Source: a virus. Taken from it: a stretch of 64,000 nucleotides of DNA. The DNA is taken from the IMG/VR virus record IMGVR_UViG_3300030060_005695; one strand, 5' to 3'. The position numbers were made by a program, and so were the translations under genes. This document shows positions 48,601 through 57,900 of the stretch, piece by piece (positions within the stretch are counted from its first letter, which is position 1; each line of letters opens with the position of its first letter). The notes under the pieces are model-generated. The model saw nothing but the letters and a program-made list of their open reading frames with translations, searched no databases and was not told the DNA's origin.

Positions 48601-49270
48601 ACCAACAAATGTGGCACCAAATAGTGGATTAACATACCCATCACCAAATTTTGTTGGAGGTACATATGTACCAAATGCACTTAATGTAAATGACATAAAT
48701 GACCCAGGAAACTTTACACACACTCTTTTATGGGAACCACTATTATTTACTGCTTCCACTCAAGTGATTATGAATGGTCAAGATTTGATAGATTGCTTAA
48801 CAATGGAATTATCCGCATCCAGTCAAAATGTTCCATTTTATCCATGGCATTTGGATAATGTTAGTTCAACCGCTACCGTAGGTGGTCAACCATACGGAGG
48901 TTGGGGTACAGTTTGGAATGATTGGTTAGGTACTACTGGAGAATATAGATATGCATTTGGTATACCAGGACCAGCAATGTCTATACTACCAGCAATATCA
49001 TTTGATGAAGAAGACGGTTCGGTACTACATCCAGCACCGGCATCTGCACCATATGTGAGTGACGGGAACTTCCAACACTATATGGGTAACCCACCATTTA
49101 CATTTGCCGGTAATAATTATCCTGTCATGAATGGTACTATTCCAGACAGTAGGTCTTATGTGTTCTCTCAACCACTATTTTATTATTTTGGATTAAGACC
49201 AGGTGCTACATCATTTAACACCTTTGTGAGAAAATACGTTGATGAAGAATTAGCTGATACAGTAATATAA
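45614..49270 (+). CDS. Large structural protein with carboxypeptidase-regulatory-like domain, long hydrophobic segment and Cys clusters
   Basis: GVVVGRV..GIPNAKVSIF..TNESGDFMIYGVPVGDQTI; about 70-aa hydrophobic stretch near 47150-47370. Confidence 0.55.
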   Translation: MGKSFRVRTDVRVGGAKDKNVTFELSQNFDLLEILSLSLTQQDVYTRMCADFGVVVGRVITNGGFGIPNAKVSIFIPLTEEDEQNLVIKELYPFKEPFDVTEDGKRYNLLSSEPNFDCHVTVGSFPTLNDVLNKQEVKHVYDKYYKYTVKTNESGDFMIYGVPVGDQTIIMDVDVSDIGCFSLLPEDFKIKGFPDSDFDGAKFRDDIVIDSLPQVLSQQKSIDVRPFWGDEEFCRAAITRVDFDLGQTGFKLEPNAVFMGSTASDTDKDSVNKNCRPKAAMGELCSLISKPGIIDCIRYTPFFQDDPNAYPAYTAGGWGAPLGGEVPILERFYLPNGGRVIDDTGSFLVHVPMNLDYMTTNEFGEMVLSDDPSIGVPTRARCRFRIRPEQATGGARQRRIASYLVPNIREFYDPWAGDDNGDWPGIDPSSYAFSVNYSDYNPWAQRNLMPAAKDVFYDMTFNRVYTFSQFHDHIKHGGRREFVGIKNILPEADQQCATTAMFFPINSAVRAPSLMVFLWMFLIDFLGMIYMFLTILISTLAVFLSLILGVILFIMWLLCWLWCAIYCIRITLWGFTILDMASLIGPNGAPPEECGQICISGPNCFGCATDCRYFGLRMGFVLFTLRQTKYPECEKCLCRTMGDMAVTDSLIYLASQWPCPGSLPWGASGNTTSTSSSTCVPQCPPGNGATGDDFGGKWEHDCCSESDETRVCCPDHYGFRSDDVNDPQTSGTTNDGVAGGGCYVKLICFSPACIGANYNLKVLIEWTRREKIAQALCNGVMNYFWENSWVSGFLYQFQFRAKVEYDPANDTYATNSTWCKKLTYLHPTEHAFYYRSTPFQVSGIGVNQGNYIGDTDGVYKPWYQFWGGNNTSDMHGKGDMDRHILFPTTMVDMGSRNQCIQQICMDPNYVNECSVTDQIGSTTFQDITELVSDTYNLKMQQPLASMSTFFPRPEYEIGGDVAQALMQNCMLGVVGYEANVGTTACECDYQLNISTTPTNVAPNSGLTYPSPNFVGGTYVPNALNVNDINDPGNFTHTLLWEPLLFTASTQVIMNGQDLIDCLTMELSASSQNVPFYPWHLDNVSSTATVGGQPYGGWGTVWNDWLGTTGEYRYAFGIPGPAMSILPAISFDEEDGSVLHPAPASAPYVSDGNFQHYMGNPPFTFAGNNYPVMNGTIPDSRSYVFSQPLFYYFGLRPGATSFNTFVRKYVDEELADTVI

Positions 49271-51054
49271 TGAGTAACGAAAAAAACATAAGAATTGTAA
49301 GAGGTGAAGCTAGATTTGCTGGTTCACCAAATAACGACGTGCAGTTACAACCATTTTTAGAATCTACACAAAAACAAATACATGAGGGGGATAGAAATTT
49401 AGTTTTGGACCTTAGAGACCAATTTGATTTTGAAAGGGCTTATTCAACACAATATAGGTTATATGGAAAAATAGATATACTTTACAATAATATAATTAGT
49501 GGGAGTACTCAGGATACTACATTTATGAGGTCAATGTACTTTATTCCAGATTTTTTGGGTTGTCCACAAACAGCAGGTGTACCACCAACTACCTGCTCGG
49601 GTTTACCACCAGCTAGTACATTTACAATAATACCACCTAAAAGATATGGTATTTTTGCAAGTCAAGCGGGTTGGGAACCACTTTTAGCACATCAAGATAA
49701 TTGGGTACAATATATATCTTATGTTAACGATGCAGACTCCAATCAAAGAATGATGTACTATACCGACTATTCTACGAATTCTGGTATGCAGTTTGTATCG
49801 GGAGATGGTATACCTTTTATACCTATAACAACCAATACAGATGGTAAGGAAGTTTTACAAATAATTACACCAGTAAGACACGGTGTATTACCAGGAGAAT
49901 ATATAGAAATACAGTCAGGAGCTACTACAATGGGTAGTGCAAATCTAATGACTAATGTTACTATTCCAGTAACCTTCCCAAGTCCAGCAGGTCCACAAAC
50001 TATATTCAAAGTAGATTATTTGGGTAACGGTTTGGAAAATTCAGAGGACTACGTGATGAATATTACAACAGTTGGTCTAGACGTAACATCAATACCAGCA
50101 AATCCAGTGGGTACACTTAAAAGAGTAATTAATCCAGAAAATATGTTGGAAACAAAATCTGAATATTATTGCCAAATACATAAGTTAATAACAAACCCAA
50201 ATGACCTTACAGTAGATAAAACAGGGTTTGAAAGAGGAATATATAATAAAAGAGGTAGGGTATTTCCTAGAAAAAGAACACCAGATTACATACAAAAATC
50301 TGTACTAAACCAAGCCTATGATTCATTTTTATGGAATTGTAATTATAATATTAATAGTGATGACTACTATGACCAATTTAATAGACCATTAACTGAATTT
50401 TATTTAACAATTTTAACTACAAATAGAAATCTCATATGGGATTGGAATCCGGGAATCAATTCTCCAGCAGGTTATGGTTGGGGTTGGAATTTTAAAAAGA
50501 ATGGTGTTGTGGACCCATTTGTGGATAATGGGACATCACCAGTTAATTTAACACAAACTGGAAATCAGGGAGTTAATCCACTACCACTTAGTGGTTCTAC
50601 ATTTAGGGGTGCTTTTGCTGAGTATAATCCATTTGAATTAAAAGAAAGGGTAATTTCTGAAATAGGACATTCACTAAAATTTAATAGGAATACTATGTAT
50701 AAAGTAGGGGGTACACCAGGTTATGATTTTGTAGAATCTATATTTAAATACAACCCACACCACAAAATTCCTATAAGAAAATTCTCAAATTATATAAGTT
50801 ATAATGATAGTCTGTTTACATCACCCCAGTATGCTGTTTATTCTTTATCAGAGGAAACATTTAGGTGGAGAGAAATTTTACCGGTAGAAGCTTATGAGGA
50901 TGGGGATAATGGTGTGAGTTATCCTTATTTAAATGATGCACACTACCCATACCATAATTTAGAATTTAAAATAGAGGCTGTAGGACCAGCATTAATCCCA
51001 CTAACCTCAGGAACAATAAGTATATTAACTGAATACACAGATGGCTGTCAATAG
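49270..51054 (+). CDS. Putative baseplate/fibre-associated structural protein
   Basis: 594 aa; start overlaps the previous stop; in the baseplate operon. Confidence 0.5.
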   Translation: MSNEKNIRIVRGEARFAGSPNNDVQLQPFLESTQKQIHEGDRNLVLDLRDQFDFERAYSTQYRLYGKIDILYNNIISGSTQDTTFMRSMYFIPDFLGCPQTAGVPPTTCSGLPPASTFTIIPPKRYGIFASQAGWEPLLAHQDNWVQYISYVNDADSNQRMMYYTDYSTNSGMQFVSGDGIPFIPITTNTDGKEVLQIITPVRHGVLPGEYIEIQSGATTMGSANLMTNVTIPVTFPSPAGPQTIFKVDYLGNGLENSEDYVMNITTVGLDVTSIPANPVGTLKRVINPENMLETKSEYYCQIHKLITNPNDLTVDKTGFERGIYNKRGRVFPRKRTPDYIQKSVLNQAYDSFLWNCNYNINSDDYYDQFNRPLTEFYLTILTTNRNLIWDWNPGINSPAGYGWGWNFKKNGVVDPFVDNGTSPVNLTQTGNQGVNPLPLSGSTFRGAFAEYNPFELKERVISEIGHSLKFNRNTMYKVGGTPGYDFVESIFKYNPHHKIPIRKFSNYISYNDSLFTSPQYAVYSLSEETFRWREILPVEAYEDGDNGVSYPYLNDAHYPYHNLEFKIEAVGPALIPLTSGTISILTEYTDGCQ

Positions 51055-51985
51055 ATTAAACATAAAAGCTTCTACTAAAGATAAGTCTATAACTATACCT
51101 ATAGGTCAAACTTTTGATGAAATAGGTAATGAACAATTAGTTAGAACTTGGGAAGAAGTCGAGTTACAAGATAATATAAATGTTATACAAGATTATGAAA
51201 CAACTAGATATGCTTATAAAAATAATATTAGTGGTAATACCATATCTTATGAATTTAATTTTTGGGATTATGCAAATCAAGAATACCCAATACCCACACC
51301 AAACTTTAACGTTTTAGGTTTTACAGATAAAGAATTAGCAAAACCTAAAAAAGCATTTACTAGAAGTTTTTTTAAGTTTGATTTTTATGATTCACCATTA
51401 AGAAAAGAACAAAAAATAATGTTCACCAATATAATGTCTTTAAATAATTGTATAAAGGTAGAAACAGCAGTAGACCCATTACAAGACCCCACAGAATATT
51501 ACTCACAAATAGCAGACAACATTCCAATACCAATGTATGGGGTGTATGTTCCTATTGCTTTATTGGGTCCCCTACATGGTAGAAGTGAAAATTATTATAT
51601 ACAATGGTTAAAAGATAGGGAACTAACAGAAATTAATGAGTTTTATATGAGTTGTAAATTTTTTAACGCAAAAACTGGTAAAGTAACCAATATGATAAAC
51701 CAACAACCAACTCTAAGTGAAATTGTAAACGGTGAAATATTAAGTTACCCAGAATGGTTCTATTATAAAGTTAAATTATATATAAATCCCAGTAATGCAT
51801 CTACAACCGACCCAAAATATCGTTATGTGGTCACTGAATTTAATGAAGCAATTATGGCTATGGGTGGTGGTGGTGGAGTAAAAGGGACTGGTTTACCAGG
51901 TCAAACTCCAAGTGGAGCAGTACCAGGTACGTTACAAGTACCCAGTGGAACACCAATAAAATTTTTTGAATATGTAAATCCTTAA
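51041..51985 (+). CDS. Putative structural protein
   Basis: 314 aa, aromatic-rich (FTRSFFKFDFYDSP, FYMSCKFFNAKTG); overlaps the previous gene. Confidence 0.5.
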   Translation: MAVNRLNIKASTKDKSITIPIGQTFDEIGNEQLVRTWEEVELQDNINVIQDYETTRYAYKNNISGNTISYEFNFWDYANQEYPIPTPNFNVLGFTDKELAKPKKAFTRSFFKFDFYDSPLRKEQKIMFTNIMSLNNCIKVETAVDPLQDPTEYYSQIADNIPIPMYGVYVPIALLGPLHGRSENYYIQWLKDRELTEINEFYMSCKFFNAKTGKVTNMINQQPTLSEIVNGEILSYPEWFYYKVKLYINPSNASTTDPKYRYVVTEFNEAIMAMGGGGGVKGTGLPGQTPSGAVPGTLQVPSGTPIKFFEYVNP

Positions 51986-51988
51986 TAT

Positions 51989-54900
51989 ATGGAAGTATAC
52001 AAATATAGAATAAAAAGAAATAACCCTAGTGTTTATTTTACAGTACCTTGTACAGGTGGAACCAATTTCTACCCTATTAATACAAGTCCTAACTGTTCAG
52101 GATTAACAATGTACAACTCTACATTTAGTCAAGTACAGGACGCTTTACAAGGTGACATGAATAACTTCCCAACAGAACTAACCGGATGTTCGTCAACAAA
52201 TCCATGTATCCTGTTAAATGATACTACTACTATGCCAGTAATGGGTGCACCACCACCATATGGTAATGTACCAACATTAAATCAACCATTTTGTTTAGAT
52301 GTGGAGTCTCATCCTTATGTTATATTTGCTGGGTTAAATTTATACCAATCTGGGGTAATGACATTTACTGGTGAAAGTTACGACGATTTAATAAGTGTGT
52401 TTTCTTTAACAAATTCTACACTCTCACAACCATTAAATTCCCAAACTAACGCACACCTAACACCAAACACAATATCTTGTTTTTGTCCACCACCTGTTTT
52501 TAATGACTTACATCAAGTTCCAGTTTTTTTAGACCAAGATTTTAATGATATAGGGCATTACGATATTTGGGACGGAAATTTGGGACAAAAAGATATTTTT
52601 TCTAATTTTGTAGTTACCGCTACTACAGCTATGGGTAACCAGATACAAATTTATAATACCACAGATTTTGGTTACTATAAGAGTTATCAGAATTCTCCTT
52701 ACACTATAAATTGGGGTGACTGTCCTTGTGATTGTCCAGTTCCGCCATGTACCAATGCATTTGGTGACCCTTGTTGTGAAACTTTACAATTCCCTAACTT
52801 AACAAATCCTGTACCACACACTTATGCAGGTGTAGGTACACGAAGAATTACCATAACGCATGAAAATGAGTGGGGACCAACATCAGTATCTCAGGCTATA
52901 ACAGTACCCTTTATGCCTTATAATACATTACAAGCTTCTGGTGGTATACCACCTAGTAATGTACCTGTAGTAGGTCCTAGTGGACCAATAGGTACTAATA
53001 CATATTTTGGAGCTTATCCTTTTTCACCTCTAGATTCTGGTACTGACATCTTACAATATAGTGGTATGTCCCCTATATTTGGTGGTGGTAATAACAGTAA
53101 CTGTTTTGATGTTACAGGTAACACACAAAGTTTATTAGGAGCATTTCAATCGTACACATCATTACAAACCGGTAACTTACCTCCCGGATATCAAATAAAT
53201 GTAGATGTACCCTTAATGGGTGAAGTAATAAACCCAATAACCAATCAAATAGAACAGGGAGTTATGGGTAGGATTACTGTGGAAAATACACAATATACCG
53301 CTTACACAATTAGTATAGGTACTAACACACCAATAACATTTTATGATTTTAGTAATGGTGTTACTTTATACGAAGCTACAAGTTGTGGTTTAGATGCTTT
53401 TGCTTTTGGTGCTTTTGATTGTGTAAAATGTGAAATAGGTGATTGCACTTACTGTGAAACAAAAGATGAATATATAGATAGGGTAACAAACCTACCACAA
53501 CCAATAAGTTTTAACCCAATGATTAATACTAATTGGGGTGAATGGTCCGCAACAACAAATTATGTTAAAGGAGATATAGTATTCGACTCAACCTGGGGTG
53601 AGTGTTGTTGTTATATGGCAGTACAAGATATAAATCAGACAGGTGGTACTATAGACCCTTGGGCTGGTATAAAACCAACAGACTTAGTACAAGGAGTTTG
53701 GTGGAATAATGGACAACCTACGGAACATATTTGGGAGGCTTGTACCCCAGAATGTGAAGCATGTCCAGAGTTTACATCCATACCTTGTTATGACCCAACC
53801 AACACTTGGAACGCTTATCCAACTATCTCACCAGTAGGTCCAGCTGGAGTATATAGTAATGGTAATGTATATACTACAGGACAATTTACCTTAGGTCAAT
53901 GGGGTAATTGTTATAGAGCTTTGTCGGGTGGTACTTTACCACCACCATCTGGGTTAACCAACAATCAATACTGGGACTATATTGGATGTTCTAGTTGGGT
54001 GTGTCCACCAGTATCAGCTTTAACAGCATCTAGTCTTTCATGTCAACTAGTACCTGGTACGGGGTCAACTAGTACGGGACCTTGTACAAGTATAGGTTTT
54101 GCCACATTTGAAGATTGTATGGATACTTTTTACTTAGGTAATTGTTGTGAAGATAGATATATTTGTATCGACCAATATTCCTGTCAAGGATGTTCAGCTA
54201 TGACATCAGCACACCCACTATACAATGACCCTAGTGCATTAGACCCAACACAAGGTCCAGTTTTTGATAATGAACTTGATTGTTTAGCGTGGTGTGAACC
54301 ACCAGCGTATTCTTGTGTTACTAGTACCCCAGCAAGTTCTAATAATTGTTGTGGTTTACTTTCATGTACTGATGACCTTATAAATGGTACAACATTTTAC
54401 ATAGATAATGTGTATCCTGTAATGCAAACTTTACCACCTACACCAGCACCTTTTTTAAACTTTATAGACTATGCGGCATTTACCTTTGAATTATTTTTTG
54501 ACCCTTATAATATAAATGATTGTAACGCTGGATTTACAAACTCAGCAGGAACCTATACAGGTTGTTGTGATTATACTATGTGGGTTTATAATTGTGAAGA
54601 AGGATGTGTACCGGTATTTGTTGGTACAGGTTATACAACTGAAGCTGACTGTTACGCTGCTAACCCACAATGGTTAGGTGTAGGTAACACCCCTTGTGGA
54701 TACAAGTGTGACCCACTTTGTGACCCCTGTCAACCTTGTTATACATTAAATTGTGGTTACCCATATACACCACAAGGATTACAAGACTGTGAAATGGTAT
54801 GTTCTTGTGCGACAGAATGTTATGTTTGTGACTGTTTAAATGTTATAAACGGTTCAAACGTACCATGTTACCCATATCAAGACCCAGTTACAAATGCTCT

Positions 54901-57900
54901 AGATTGTCCTTACTGGCCAGTATCTAATACAGGTACTGACCCTTGGGTTCCAGCAGCGTGGACAAACGTACCAACCTTCCTCTCCGCACAACAATGTCAA
55001 AGTGCTTGTACATGTCCTGGTGGATATGATTGTTTTGTTTATGATGATACCAATCCACCCGCACAAATAGGACAACAAGTTGGTGGGTGTATGTATTATG
55101 CTAGTCTATACTTAATGACACAAGTTGGTGTTACTTGGTCTCCAGGTTCACCAACAGACCCAGCTGGTAATCCTACAGGTTATACTTCTTTTGAAGAATG
55201 TTGTAATGCAACAGAATGTTGTAGGGCGGTATGTGAGGATGACCCACTACAAGCTGGATTCATGGGTTACACATCTTTTACAACTACTGGACCTGCACTA
55301 CAAGGTGGTGGAGGTGGACAAACCCCATGTTATTGGATATCACAAACTGATTTAGATGATACAACTGGTCCTGGTTTCGTTAACTGTTGTTCTCCAGCTT
55401 ACGTAAATACAATGAATGGACTAACTGGTATTGTGCAGTGTTTCGCGGACAATCCAGGTTTACCTTATTGTGATATGGTAGATTGTGTTAACTCATTATG
55501 TCCAGACCCACTAAGTACAACAGGTATGACTTGTTGTGCACCACTAGAAGAAACTTGTAATTGTGCATGTGAAGATTGGTTAACTGTAAATGGAATACCA
55601 ATTACCACTGGATTTACTTGGATGGGACCATGGAGTAGTAGTATTAACACTTATAATATATATGAAACGGTAAGTTACGGTGACGCAAATACAGCTGAAT
55701 GTTGTTGGATATGTATGTGTCCGATTGATACAACTGGTTTACCACCAGGAGCAGGAGGTGCTTATGATTGTAACTCTAGTCCACCAGATGACGGGCCTTA
55801 CCCTGACGGAACACCAAATTGTTGGCAAACATGTGAAAGATTACCATCTTTTGACCCATCTACACCAACACCAGTTATTGGGGACCCTTGTGGTCCTTGT
55901 GAAGGACCTACTTCAGCACAAACGTATCAATGTACAACTTCTGGTTGTGTAACTTCTAATTGTGTGTTTAACCCACCAGCTGCCATGAACATCTCTATAT
56001 GGCAAACACAAAATAATTGTTATACCGCGTCTACTTGTGGTACACCATTAATTGGTGTTTCCAATGACCAATGTAGAGCTGATTGTTATTGTGCAGACCC
56101 TGGACCACCAACAGGAGGACCAGCAGAAATTTCAAACTGCACAGTTTTACAAGATTATTTAAATGATATATATTCACCAGGAACAGGTGATTTAGGGATT
56201 TATTTTAATGGGTATTCACCATTCCCATTTACTTATCCACCTGTACAACCAGGTATAGTTTTCCAGGTTACAAGTTCATATTTTTGGCCTTACGATTCTT
56301 TAGATACATGTCAAACACAATTGTCCACAGGATTATTTGATTGTTGTACTGGTTCTACAACTGGCATAACCACTTGGGAATGTGACCATAGTTGTAACTG
56401 TCCAACTGTAAATGGTAATCCTTGTGTGGGGGGTGTAGGTTGTTATCCAGTTTATGGTACCGGAGGTACATTCTCTAGTTTAAGTGGGTGTCAAGAATGG
56501 TGTACCTGGGAGTGTAATACTCAAGGTGCACAAACTTGTCAATTCATACCAATGTCTTTAGCGGCAGTTACTTATCCTTCAGCTGCGGCTTGTGAATTGG
56601 CAAATACCGATTGTTTATGTCAAAACCAAGTTGAAGAATGGTGGTGTGACCATGCGGGTGCGGATGCCGGACTTTACAATACCCCAGGGTCTCAACCATG
56701 TCAACCTAGTTCATATTTCGCATCACAATCATCATCATATCAATCACAAGCTTATGGTCAAGGAGCTGGTGGACCTTCAGACCCAAACAATAACTATAAT
56801 TGGGCAGTAGCTTTAGGTAATTTACCTGTAGGTCAGGGATTCCCATCACAAGCACAATGTCAAGAATTTTGTAGATTTTGTTGTGATTGTGCACCTCCAG
56901 GTACTGGTTTCTGTGATTTATGTGGTGACCCAGCGGTTGTAGCATGTTCATGGGGTGACCAATTCTGTAGTGGTGGAACTGCATCTTGTGGGACAGGATT
57001 ACCAAGTTCATTATCACCAGGTGATTGTGGACAACAACAACAAACAATAACTGGTACTAAAACTTGTTTTGAACCACAAACAGAATATTGTTGTCACGCA
57101 ATTGATGGATGTATATCTTATATAGGTGCAGCACCAACAGGAAGTGATGGTAATCCATGTGTATCTTTCTATGGTACTAATGCTGCAGCATGTACTAACG
57201 AATGTAATTTTGTTTGTGGGGACTGTGTACAACCAACACCACAATGTCAATGTACTTTTGTACTTGCACCAATTTCACCTTCATGTGCACCTTATCCATT
57301 TTCTAATATGGCTGATTGTGATATCTACGTTCAAGGATTAACTTTATTAGGTGATGATGGTACTTGTTGTGAATGTTATGAATGTACTACAAATAGTCCA
57401 ATAACTTATCAAATGTGGGACGTAGGTACTGCTAGTTGGGTACTTGGTTCTACACCAGTTAATATGATTACTGGAGCTCCAGCGTGGGTTTCAGGACAAG
57501 CGTATAATCCAGGTGATGTTGTGACATTTAGTTTTGATAATACTAGATGTTGTTATGTTTGTGTTTGGGAATATACACCAGATTGGACAATACCACCTTA
57601 TTTCTATTATCAAGCATACATTAATGATTTAAGTACAAATACACCTGTTTGGCCAGGAGGTGGAACTGGAAGTTTAATGTGGGTACCGTGTGACCCTACA
57701 TGTGTGCCAGGTGTTATACAAAACACTTATGATTGTATACCGGGTGTTAGTACTGATAGTTGTTCTAGCCTAACAAAAATTACACCAACAACCACACTAT
57801 TAGACCAACATGATGTACTACAAATGATAGGAAATCCTAGTGGAGTACCTTACTTACAAACTACTAACATATATAATATTAAATTTCCTTATGGGGGATT